Shown here: positions 38,617-47,402 of the stretch, piece by piece
Position numbering within the stretch: the stretch's first letter is position 1
Layout: each line of letters begins with the position of its first letter
Program-made: the position numbers and the translations under genes
Assembly: GCA_041484665.1 (NCBI GenBank)
Contig: JBGPIA010000009.1
Location: 64,001-128,000 of the forward strand
Length of the DNA: 64,000 nucleotides
Origin: Candidatus Krumholzibacteriia bacterium
Lineage (GTDB): Bacteria; Krumholzibacteriota; Krumholzibacteriia; JAJRXK01
Reading direction: 5' to 3'
Notes under the pieces: model-generated
Told to the model about the DNA's origin: nothing
The model's database searches: none
The model's input: only the letters and a program-made list of their open reading frames with translations

Positions 38617-41600
38617 TTGAGCACAGCCACTGCACACAGCGCCGACGCGCGCAGCCTCAAGCAGCGCTTGCGCGGCGAGCTGCGCTGGCTGCGCCTGCGC
38701 TTGATCGCCCACGTGGGGCTCATGCTGCTGGGCGGCGTCGGACTGCTGGCGGCAGTGGCCGTCATCGCGGCACCCGCCTGGAGGCTGCGCGGGCCGGCGG
38801 GGGCGTGGGCGGTGCTGGCGACGGTCGCGCTGTTGGGAGGCTGGCTGATCGGGCTGGAGCTCGTGGCGCCGCTGCGCCGCATCGCCAGCCTGAAGGGCTT
38901 CACGCGCGAGCTGGAGCGTCACGGCGATTTCCAGAACCTGCTGGAGGCCGCCACGCAGTTCACCTCGCCGCGCCGGACCGATCCGCTGGTGTACGGCGCG
39001 TCGGCGGACCTGGTCGCCGAAGTGTTGCGCCGGGCCAGCCACGAGGCGCAGAGCACCGCGCTCGCGCGCCGCATCCCGCTGCCGGGTGTCGCCGCCCACG
39101 TCGGGCTGGCGCTGCTGTCGATGGCGGTCTGGCTGGTGCTCGGCGTGAGCGCGCCCGGACGCATCGCCGAGTCGCTGACGGCCCTGGCGCGGCCGTGGTC
39201 GCTGGCGACGCCGGCGCCCGTGGGCGGGCTGCACCCGCTCACGCAGAACCTGCGCGTGCCGGTCGGCGCGGATGCCACGCTGAAGGCGCGCGATTTCGTC
39301 GGCGGTTCCGCAGCCGTGGTGCTGGAGATCAATCGTACGGGCGACTTCTGGCAGCAGGGGCCCGTCCAGATGCAGCCGCCCTTCGCAGGACCGACACCCT
39401 ACCGCGACGCCGTCGCCCGCGTGGAGCACGTCGAGGACCCATTCCGTTACCGCTTCCGCAAGGGCGATCTGGTCACACCCGCCTTCGCGGTCGATGTCCG
39501 GGAGCGGCCCGTGCTCCGCAGCCTCGCGGCGCGCCTGCTCCCGCCCGCCTACACCGGCCAACCCGCCAGCGACCGGCCCGAGCTGGGCGGGGTGGTCTCC
39601 GTGCTGGAGGGAACGCGGGTCGAGCTGCGCGGGACGGCCAGCGTGCCCCTGCAGTCGGCGCAGCGGCTCGTGGAGGGCGCGCCGCCCGTGCCGCTGGCCG
39701 TCAATGGAGACGCGTTCGCCGACACGCTGGTGGTGCGGCGCGACCTGGCCTTCCGCATCGGGCTCACGGATCGCGAGGGGCTCACCGGCGAGGCGGCGAC
39801 GGTCTACCGCTTCAGCGCCATCGCCGACGATCCGCCCACCGTGAAGATCACCGCGCCTGCGCAGGACCGCGTGCTCGACCGTGACCTGCGGGTCGCGATC
39901 GCGGGCGTGGCCGCCGATGATGCCGGCCTCACGCGCGTCGAGCTCCTGTACAAGCGGGCCGATGCCAGCGACTGGACGCGCCGACGCCTGTACCGCGGCG
40001 GGCAGAGCGCCGAGGCGACGCCGGAGATCTCGGACCTCAAGGTGGATGCCGCGCCCAAGGAAGTCGCGCTGGAGTTCACGTGGGGCCTGGGCGAGGAGAC
40101 GCTGCAACCCGGGGACGAATTGTCGTATTGCCTGGAGGCCACCGACAACAACGCGCTCAAGGGGGGCCAGCGCTCCCGCAGCGCGGTGTTCCGGCTGCGC
40201 CTGCCCACGGTGGCCGAGGTGTTCGAGGGCCAGCGCGACCAGCGCACCGAGCAGACGGAGGATCTCCAGTCGGTGCTGCAGGAGGGCCAGGAGCTCCAGC
40301 AGACCTTTGAGCGGCTGGACCGCGAGTTGAAGAAGAACCCCAACCCCGACTGGGCCAAGCAGCAGGAGATCCAGGACGCGCTGCGCCGGCAGGAGGCCCT
40401 CAGCAAGAAGGTGCAGGACACCTCGCAAGACCTGCAGCGCACGCTGGAGCGCTTCCAGCGCGACAACGCTGGCAGCGTCGAGACCTTGGAGAAGATGCAG
40501 AAGATCCAGGAGCTGATCGAGGGGCTCAAGGACCAGAACCTGCAGAACTATCTGCAGACGCTCAAGCAGGCGATGGATCAGCTCTCGCCCCAGGAGATCC
40601 AGCACGCGATGGCGGAGGCCAAGCTCACCCAGGAGGAGTACAACCGCCGCCTCGACCGCACGGTCGAGCTGCTGCAGCAGCTCGAGCGCGAGCGCACCAT
40701 GAGCGACCTGGTAGAGGAGGTCAGCGAGTTCGTGCGCCGGCAGCAGGAGCTCAAGGAGCAGACGCAGCGCCATGCCAGTGAGCCACAGAAGCCCAAGGAC
40801 AAAGCGGGCAAGCCGGCGGACCAGGATCGAACTGGCAAGGACGCGCAGCAGCAGGGCAAGGAGCCAACGCAGGGCAAGGACGGGCAACAGCAGGGCACCG
40901 AGCCGCAGAAGGGCGCGCAGCCCAACGCGCCGCCGCCGCTGAGCCCGCAGGAGCTGGCCCGCGCGCAGCAGCAGCTCGCCTTGGAGACCCAGGCACTCGA
41001 AGAGCGGCTGCGCGCTGAGCTCGAGCGCCTGAAGCAGCAGCAGGGGTCTGCGCAGGACAGCCAGAAGGAACAGCCAGACCAAGAGGGGTCTCAAGAGAAA
41101 CCGGATCAACAGCAGCAGGGACCGGAGCATCAGGGCTCTCAGTCGCCGTCGGCCGGCGACGAGCAGAAGCCTGGTTCCCCGCAGCAGAACGAGCAGCAAC
41201 CCAACAGCCCGTCCGCCCAGAAGATGAAGGAAGCGCTCGAGCAGGCGCTGCAGAAGCTGCGCACTCAGGGCAAGCCGTCGCAACCCATGCAGGACGCGGC
41301 CAAGCAGCTGCAGAAGAACCAGCCGCAAGATGCCATGGACCCGCAGGACCAGGCCTCCGCGCGCCTGGCGTTCCTCTATCAGGTGTTGGCCAGCGGCATG
41401 CAGGGCATGCAGATGGCTAGCGCCAAGTCGGCCACCGAGAAGTTGCAGAAGACGGCCTACGACCTGCTCAACGTGAGCTTCGGCGAGGAGGGGGTCATCC
41501 ATATGCTGGGGGGTGGCGTGCGCGGCCAGCGCATGACGCCGGTGGCGCGCGACCAGGCGCGGCTGTTGCGCTCGGCCACCCGGCTGTCCGAGGAGCTGCA

Positions 41601-42450
41601 GCAGCTCGCTCGCAGCAATTTCGCCATCCCCGAGCAACTGCTCGCTAGCATGCGCCAGCTCGTGTCGGCGCTGCAGAACACGGTGGACCAACTCGAGCTC
41701 ACCCGCATGAGCCCGGCAGCGGACGAAGCCACGGCCTCGATGGGCATGACGAACCAGATCGTGATGAACCTGCTCACGGCGGCCCAGTCGTCGGGCGGGC
41801 AGGGCGGTGGTTCGACGTCCGAGCAAATGGAGCAGCTCTCCATGGACCAGTCGCGCCTCAACGGCATGACCCAGGACCTGCGCCAGCACATGCAGGATGG
41901 GCTCAGCGAGCAGGAGCGCCACCAGCTCGCCGAGCTGCGCGGCCGCCAGGAGGCCCTGCGCCAGCAGCTCGACGAGATCCGCGCAAAGGTCCAGGACCAG
42001 CGCCGCGTCCTGGGCGACCTCCACGAGATCGGCCGCCAGATGGAGGAGGTCACCAACGAACTGGACGCCGGGCGCCTCAGCGACGAGACCCAGCGCAAGC
42101 AGGATCAGATCCTGTCGCGGCTGCTCGACGCGCAGCGCTCGGTGCGCGAGCGCGACTTCGCCAAGCGGCGCGAATCGCGCGAGGCCGACCAGCTCTACAG
42201 CGAGCAAACCGGAGCTGTGGCGCCGCAGAGCCGCGAGGACCAGCAAGCCCAGATCCGCCGCTGGCTGGCGCCGGAGCGCGCGCCGCACGCTTACCAGGAC
42301 GACGTGCGCCGCTACTTCCGGCGCATCCAGGGCGAGCTGGAGGGCAAGCCGGACGCCACGCCAAGCACCACGCCACCCGCCCCGCAACGCGCTACGCCTG
42401 GCGTCACGCCTGGCGTCAAGCCCGAGGTCAAGTCGAAGGGGCGGCCGTGA
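38617..42450 (+). CDS. DUF4175-like membrane protein (TMs, Ig-like repeats, long Q/E coiled coils)
   Basis: Three N-terminal TMs, PPAYTG, DDPPTV..P, DDAGL, Y.LEATDNN..G...RS, C-terminal QILSRLLDA.RS.RERD...KRES; SD GGAGGA before the TTG start. Confidence 0.8.
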   Translation: MSTATAHSADARSLKQRLRGELRWLRLRLIAHVGLMLLGGVGLLAAVAVIAAPAWRLRGPAGAWAVLATVALLGGWLIGLELVAPLRRIASLKGFTRELERHGDFQNLLEAATQFTSPRRTDPLVYGASADLVAEVLRRASHEAQSTALARRIPLPGVAAHVGLALLSMAVWLVLGVSAPGRIAESLTALARPWSLATPAPVGGLHPLTQNLRVPVGADATLKARDFVGGSAAVVLEINRTGDFWQQGPVQMQPPFAGPTPYRDAVARVEHVEDPFRYRFRKGDLVTPAFAVDVRERPVLRSLAARLLPPAYTGQPASDRPELGGVVSVLEGTRVELRGTASVPLQSAQRLVEGAPPVPLAVNGDAFADTLVVRRDLAFRIGLTDREGLTGEAATVYRFSAIADDPPTVKITAPAQDRVLDRDLRVAIAGVAADDAGLTRVELLYKRADASDWTRRRLYRGGQSAEATPEISDLKVDAAPKEVALEFTWGLGEETLQPGDELSYCLEATDNNALKGGQRSRSAVFRLRLPTVAEVFEGQRDQRTEQTEDLQSVLQEGQELQQTFERLDRELKKNPNPDWAKQQEIQDALRRQEALSKKVQDTSQDLQRTLERFQRDNAGSVETLEKMQKIQELIEGLKDQNLQNYLQTLKQAMDQLSPQEIQHAMAEAKLTQEEYNRRLDRTVELLQQLERERTMSDLVEEVSEFVRRQQELKEQTQRHASEPQKPKDKAGKPADQDRTGKDAQQQGKEPTQGKDGQQQGTEPQKGAQPNAPPPLSPQELARAQQQLALETQALEERLRAELERLKQQQGSAQDSQKEQPDQEGSQEKPDQQQQGPEHQGSQSPSAGDEQKPGSPQQNEQQPNSPSAQKMKEALEQALQKLRTQGKPSQPMQDAAKQLQKNQPQDAMDPQDQASARLAFLYQVLASGMQGMQMASAKSATEKLQKTAYDLLNVSFGEEGVIHMLGGGVRGQRMTPVARDQARLLRSATRLSEELQQLARSNFAIPEQLLASMRQLVSALQNTVDQLELTRMSPAADEATASMGMTNQIVMNLLTAAQSSGGQGGGSTSEQMEQLSMDQSRLNGMTQDLRQHMQDGLSEQERHQLAELRGRQEALRQQLDEIRAKVQDQRRVLGDLHEIGRQMEEVTNELDAGRLSDETQRKQDQILSRLLDAQRSVRERDFAKRRESREADQLYSEQTGAVAPQSREDQQAQIRRWLAPERAPHAYQDDVRRYFRRIQGELEGKPDATPSTTPPAPQRATPGVTPGVKPEVKSKGRP

Positions 42451-44540
42451 CCGGTGCCGTCCCCGGTCGCTGCCCGGCGCTGCCGCAGCCGGCCGTGCTG
42501 CGGCGCGCGCTCGCCGCGCGTGCCCGCGCGCCCCGGCGCACGCTTGCGCTCGTGCTGGCCGTAGCGCTCAGCGCCGTGCTGCCCTGGGGCGCCTCCACGC
42601 CGGCCCGGGCCCAGGACCGGGTCACGCCACCGCTGATCCATCCGCCACCCGACACTGCCCCAGATCCGGCCGTGCGCGACAAGTTCATGCTGCTGCGGCG
42701 CGTCGAGGGTCTGGTGGGGCAGGGACGGCTGGACGAGGCCGTGGCGCTGCTGGAGGGCGAGCGCGCCAAGGGACCGCTCGACGAGGTGCTCGAGCGCCGG
42801 CTGATCAACCTCTACCGTGACGCCGGGCGCAACGCACAGCTGGAGGCGCTGCTCGGCGAGCGCATCCAGCGCGTCGGCAAGACCCCCGAGCTGCGCGATC
42901 TGCGGCTGTTGGCCGAGTCGCGCTTCGATCTGGGCAAGACGCAGGACGCCATCAAGACGCTCACGCGCATCGTGGACCTCGCGCCCGAGGATCCGGGGGT
43001 GCTGGAGTTGGTGGCCAAGGCGCTCGCCGAGCACGGCGAGCAGCAGCGCGCTGTGCAGCTGTTGCTGGACGCGCGCAAGCGGATCAAGCGCCCTGCAGAG
43101 TTCGCCCAGCAGCTCGGGTCGCTCTACGCACAGTTGGGACGACCGCAGGAGGCCATCAAGGAGTTGCTGGCGGTGGTTGTGGAGTCGCCGGCCAACGTGC
43201 TGCTGCTGCGCGGCCAGATCCTGGAGCTGGCCGACCACAGCATCGAACAGGGTCCGGCGCTGCTGCAGGCGGTGGAGTCCGCCGCCACCCGCCATCCCGA
43301 GGTGAAGCAGCTGGCACTGCTGGTCGCCGAGCTGCGGCTGCGCAGCGCCAACGAGGAGGGCGCCTGGAACGCGCTGGCGCCGCTGGTGCGTGACGGAACG
43401 TTCGCGCCCGAGCTGCTGCAGCTGTCGCTGGCGGCCTTGGGTGACAGCCGGCTAGCCGAGTTGGACCCCGCCCAGCGACTGCGGTCGCTCACCCTGTGCG
43501 AGCGCGTGTTGCGCGGGATGCTCGACACCCAGAAGCTCGGGCCCGGCATCGAGCCGCGCGCGTTCGACGCCCTCAACCGGGTCTACCTGTCGATCCTGGA
43601 GAACGCGGCCTTCCAGGATCTGCCGGCGGTGCGCCAGCAGGCGATGCTCGACGCCGCGCACGCGACGCTGCTGCGCATGGCCAAGCGCAGTCCCGACAAC
43701 CCGATGACCAACGCCGCGCTGCTGCGCCTGGCCCAGTTCTACGTCTCGACGCTGCACCGGCCGCAGGAGGCGATCGAGCTCTACTTGCGCCTGAGCGTCA
43801 GCCCCAACGCCGGGCGCGAGGAGCTCCAGCTCGCCCGCGTGGGGCTGGGCACGGCCTACATGGCCGCGGGCGACACCGCGCGCACGCGGGAGCTGTTCAC
43901 AGCCATGGGCAGGGACATGAGCTTCATGCCGGGACAGGGGCGTGCCCATTACTACCTGGGCATGCTCGACTTCATGGGCGGCCAGTTCAAGACCGCACAG
44001 GACCGGCTGGCCTCGGTCGCGCTGGAGGCCGCCAGCGCCGACTACACCAACGATGCCCTCGACCTGGCGCTGATCCTGGCCGAGGAGCTGCTCGATCATT
44101 CGAGGACCGAGCATCCGGCGCTGACTGCCTACGGGCAGTCCCTCTATTTCAGCGTCGTGGCCCGCCCCGACTCGCTGGAGGCGCGCCTGCGGCAGACCAT
44201 GGCCGCCTCGGCTGGCAACCTGCACGACCGGGCGCGCCTGGATCTCGCCCGGCTGCTCGCGCGCCAAGGGCAGGTGGACAAGGGCCTGGCGGAGATCGAC
44301 GCCCTCGTGAAGGACACTCCGCGGGCGCGCGTCGCCCCCGCTGCCCTGGAGCTCAAGGGAGACCTGCTGCAGAAACGCGGGGACACGGCCGGGGCGCTGG
44401 CGGCGTACGAAGCGGTGCTCACCGGACACGAGGATTATGTCTTCGCGGAAGCCGTACGGGACAAGGCGCGCACGCTGCGCCCGGGAGCCAAGCCCGGGAC
44501 GCCGCCCCCGCCGGCCGCGGTGAAGGGCGAGCTGCCGTGA
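42447..44540 (+). CDS. Exported tetratricopeptide-repeat protein
   Basis: Signal-like ARA/QD; repeated TPR-type helices (A..LG..Y..LG..EAI.EL; AHYYLG; YTNDAL.L). Confidence 0.8.
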   Translation: MTGAVPGRCPALPQPAVLRRALAARARAPRRTLALVLAVALSAVLPWGASTPARAQDRVTPPLIHPPPDTAPDPAVRDKFMLLRRVEGLVGQGRLDEAVALLEGERAKGPLDEVLERRLINLYRDAGRNAQLEALLGERIQRVGKTPELRDLRLLAESRFDLGKTQDAIKTLTRIVDLAPEDPGVLELVAKALAEHGEQQRAVQLLLDARKRIKRPAEFAQQLGSLYAQLGRPQEAIKELLAVVVESPANVLLLRGQILELADHSIEQGPALLQAVESAATRHPEVKQLALLVAELRLRSANEEGAWNALAPLVRDGTFAPELLQLSLAALGDSRLAELDPAQRLRSLTLCERVLRGMLDTQKLGPGIEPRAFDALNRVYLSILENAAFQDLPAVRQQAMLDAAHATLLRMAKRSPDNPMTNAALLRLAQFYVSTLHRPQEAIELYLRLSVSPNAGREELQLARVGLGTAYMAAGDTARTRELFTAMGRDMSFMPGQGRAHYYLGMLDFMGGQFKTAQDRLASVALEAASADYTNDALDLALILAEELLDHSRTEHPALTAYGQSLYFSVVARPDSLEARLRQTMAASAGNLHDRARLDLARLLARQGQVDKGLAEIDALVKDTPRARVAPAALELKGDLLQKRGDTAGALAAYEAVLTGHEDYVFAEAVRDKARTLRPGAKPGTPPPPAAVKGELP

Positions 44541-45913
44541 TCGCTGGCCACTCCATTCCGTCCGCGGGCTCTCGGGCGCAGAGCACGCTGGCCGTGCAGA
44601 GCACGCTGGCCGTACAGAGCAGGCTGGCCGCGCAGAGCACGCTGAGCGCGCGGAGCATGCTGGGTGCACTGGCGCTGTGCCTGCTGCTGGCCGCGGTGGG
44701 CTCGCCAGCGCTCGCGCAACAGGTGCTGGTGCCCATGGATAGCGCGCAAACCAATCACCTCAAGGCCTACGGGCTGGCGTTCAAGGCGCTCAAGATGGGG
44801 CAGCGCGTGAGCTGGCTGCTCAACTACCGCGGCGGCAGCTTCCTCATGCCCAGCTCCACGGCCCTCGATCTGGAAGCGCGCCTGATGGGTGTGACCACGC
44901 AATCCGCGTCCGCGGGCGACCTCGCGAAGATCCGCGAGACGATCGCGCACGAGAACATGGAGGAGGTCCTGCTGGAGGTGCCTCCACGCGTCGCCATCTA
45001 CGCGCCGCCTGAGTTCCAGCCCTGGGACGACGCGGTGGCGCTGGCGCTCACCTACGCCGAGATCGCCTACGACACCGTCTACGATCAGGATGTGCTGGCA
45101 GGCCGGTTGCAGGACTACGACTGGCTCCACCTGCACCACGAGGACTTCACGGGCCAGTACGGGAAGTTCTACGCCCACTTCCGCAACTTCGACTGGTACA
45201 TCCAGCAGCAGAAGATGGAGGAGGCGCTGGCGGCCTCGCTGGGCTTCCCCACGGTCCGCCAGCTGAAGGGCGCCGTCGCGCTGACCATCAAGGAGTTCGT
45301 GCTGGGCGGCGGCTTCCTGTTCGCCATGTGCTCGGCCACCGACACGTTCGACATCGCCCTCGCCGGACTCGGCGTCGACTTCGTCGAGCGGGAGTTCGAC
45401 GGCAGCCCAGCCGATCCCCAGGCACAGGAAAAACTCGACTTCTCCAAGTGCCTCGCATTCAAGGACTTCAAGATCCTCGTCGATCCCATGGCCTATGAAT
45501 TCTCCGACATCGACACCAGCGACTACGCACGCCTGCGGGGTCCGGAAGCCGACTACTTCACGCTGTTCGAGTTCTCCGCCAAGATCGATCCCGTGCCCAC
45601 CATGCTGGTGCAGTGCCATCGCAACGTGATCAACGGCTTCATGGGGCAGACCACCGGCTTCTACAAACGCGTGTTGAAGGACTACGTGGTGATCCTGGCG
45701 CAGGTGGAAGGGACCGATGAGATCAAGTATCTCCACGGCAGCGCCGGGCGCGGCACGTTCACCTTCTACGGCGGCCACGACCCCGAGGACTACACGCACG
45801 CCGTGGGGGACCCCCCGACCGATCTTGAGCTCCATCCGAACAGCCCTGGCTACCGTCTGATCCTCAACAACGTGCTGTTCCCGGCGGCCAAGAAGAAGCC
45901 CCAGAAGACCTGA
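44537..45913 (+). CDS. Exported class I glutamine-amidotransferase-like protein (family often labelled 'asparagine synthetase B' in Bacteroidota)
   Basis: PMD..Q.NHLKAYG, WLLNYRGGSF, WDDAV, YDWLHLHHEDFTGQYGKFY, GGFLFAMCSATD, GGHDPED, SPGYRLILNN.LFPAA; signal peptide ALA/QQ. Alternative start ATG 44657. Confidence 0.8.
   Translation: MIAGHSIPSAGSRAQSTLAVQSTLAVQSRLAAQSTLSARSMLGALALCLLLAAVGSPALAQQVLVPMDSAQTNHLKAYGLAFKALKMGQRVSWLLNYRGGSFLMPSSTALDLEARLMGVTTQSASAGDLAKIRETIAHENMEEVLLEVPPRVAIYAPPEFQPWDDAVALALTYAEIAYDTVYDQDVLAGRLQDYDWLHLHHEDFTGQYGKFYAHFRNFDWYIQQQKMEEALAASLGFPTVRQLKGAVALTIKEFVLGGGFLFAMCSATDTFDIALAGLGVDFVEREFDGSPADPQAQEKLDFSKCLAFKDFKILVDPMAYEFSDIDTSDYARLRGPEADYFTLFEFSAKIDPVPTMLVQCHRNVINGFMGQTTGFYKRVLKDYVVILAQVEGTDEIKYLHGSAGRGTFTFYGGHDPEDYTHAVGDPPTDLELHPNSPGYRLILNNVLFPAAKKKPQKT
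44578..44667 (+). repeat. 18-bp tandem repeat x5
   Basis: gcagagcacgctggccgt x2, acagagcaggctggccgc, gcagagcacgctgagcgc, gcggagcatgctgggtgc. Confidence 0.85.
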
Positions 45914-45971
45914 GTGCGCCCGCGGCGCCCAACCGCTGCGGCCGGGGCGGCGTGCGCCGCTCCCGCAGGGC

Positions 45972-46000
45972 TTGACCCCTCCTGGGCGCCTCCCGATAAT
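45972..46000 (+). promoter_or_regulatory. sigma70-type promoter for the small Zn-ribbon gene
   Basis: TTGACC-N17-GATAAT. Confidence 0.6.
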
Positions 46001-46172
46001 CGACAGCGTGGAGTGATGCGCGGCGCGCCAGCCGGGCGCGGACGCGCGGGGGCTTCGATCGCCTGCCGTGGCCTTCTATTGCAGTCGTGCGATGGGGAGG
46101 TGGGTCGTGGCGGGGTTCGGTCGGTACGGGAGGAGGTGACCGGCCCGGGAGCGCGCGCTCCCGGACCCTGGC

Positions 46173-46367
46173 ATGACCCCGAGTTCATTTCCCGCCTGCC
46201 TGAAGTGCAACGTCGGAGTGCTGCTGCCGCTCTCGGACTACGGACGGGACGGCGCTCCGATCCAGTGGAAGGCGTGGGTCTGCAGCAACCCGAATTGCGG
46301 ATTCAACATCCGGATCGACAACGGCGAGATCAGCCTGGGCCGTACCATCGCCCAGTCCTCGAAGTAG
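46173..46367 (+). CDS. Small (64 aa) Cys-rich zinc-ribbon-like protein
   Basis: CLKC...WVCSNPNC; protein-like composition (aromatic and Asn residues) unlike the GC-driven shadow ORFs; own promoter. Confidence 0.75.
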   Translation: MTPSSFPACLKCNVGVLLPLSDYGRDGAPIQWKAWVCSNPNCGFNIRIDNGEISLGRTIAQSSK

Positions 46368-46431
46368 GACGGCGCGCCCGGAATCGGACCGTGCACTGCA
46401 GCCGCGACCCGCAAGCCACCCCGGGGCGCCA

Positions 46432-47322
46432 TCACCACGCGTCGTGCGCCTGCGTGTCACCGTCGGGATCCTCGCCCGCGTCGTCCTCCCAGGGATGGCA
46501 CCGGCGCAGGCGCAGCCACGCCAAGGTCGCCACCGCGACGCTCACGACCAGCAGCAGCAGACCCCGGTGCCCGTCGGTGAGCGGCTTTCCCTGCCCCCGC
46601 GGGTCCACCGCGAGCGCAACCACCACCACCGCGTTGTAGATCGCATGCACCCACAAGGACGCGAGCAGGCTGCCGGTGATCTCCAACGTCAGCCCCAGCG
46701 CGATGCCCAGGAGCACCAGCCCGCCCAGGAACCACGGCTGAAAGTGCAGCCCGGCGAACAGCAACCCGCACAGCAGCGCCGCGAGCCCACCACCCAGCGG
46801 CCCCCGCGCCGCCTGCTGGATGAGACCACGGAAGACGGTCTCCTCGCCGAGGGGGACCGCGACGCACAGCGCGATCACGGCGAGCACCCATTCCAGGGCG
46901 CTGCGGGGCACCAGCTCAGCGCGCAGCTTCTCGAAGGCCTCCGGCACGGGGATCAGGCGGGCGGTCAGACCGCCGAGGAACTCCACGGGCAGCACCAGCG
47001 CCAGCGCCAGGAGCGTCAGCCAAAGCAGCTGGCTCGCCGGCACGGGCAGCAGCCGGAAGGTCGACCGGGCTCCCTGCCCGGCCACCCTCGCCATGCGCCA
47101 GGGAATGGCGATCAGCGCCACCACGCACGACACGAGCACCGCGCCGTAGAACGAGCCGATCAAGCGGTCCGCCAGGTCCTGGAGCAGGTAGTAGAGCACG
47201 ACCAGCCCCAGCCCCAGCGTCATCAGGCGCAGGGCGTCGACGACCTCGAACAGCCCGCGCGGCGGCGGCGCGGCGGGGGCCGAGCTTGGCTCGTCGGGCA
47301 GCATTGGAGGCGGGCCGTTCAT
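46432..47322 (-). CDS. CPBP/Abi (CAAX-type) intramembrane metalloprotease
   Basis: EETVFRG, FAGLH and HAIYN motifs within multiple TMs. Confidence 0.9.
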   Translation of the reverse strand: MNGPPPMLPDEPSSAPAAPPPRGLFEVVDALRLMTLGLGLVVLYYLLQDLADRLIGSFYGAVLVSCVVALIAIPWRMARVAGQGARSTFRLLPVPASQLLWLTLLALALVLPVEFLGGLTARLIPVPEAFEKLRAELVPRSALEWVLAVIALCVAVPLGEETVFRGLIQQAARGPLGGGLAALLCGLLFAGLHFQPWFLGGLVLLGIALGLTLEITGSLLASLWVHAIYNAVVVVALAVDPRGQGKPLTDGHRGLLLLVVSVAVATLAWLRLRRCHPWEDDAGEDPDGDTQAHDAW

Positions 47323-47402
47323 CGCGCTTAGACTGTAGCATGGGCGCCGCGGCCGGCCATCGCAGCGGCGCGCCCGTCGCCTTGACCCCCGGAGCCACCG
47401 CC

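Noticed and set aside
44578..44667. CRISPR-like array
   Set aside because: Repeats are directly abutting with no spacers, and no cas genes are in the window.
46068..46083. sigma54-like TGGCCTTCTATTGCA (and TGGCACTCACCCTAGCA near 1762)
   Set aside because: GG-GC spacing is 9 and 11 nt respectively, not the required 10.
45914..46639. 241-aa + strand ORF overlapping the microprotein
   Set aside because: Low-complexity composition, spans a promoter and overlaps the convergent CPBP gene; the 64-aa frame is far more protein-like.
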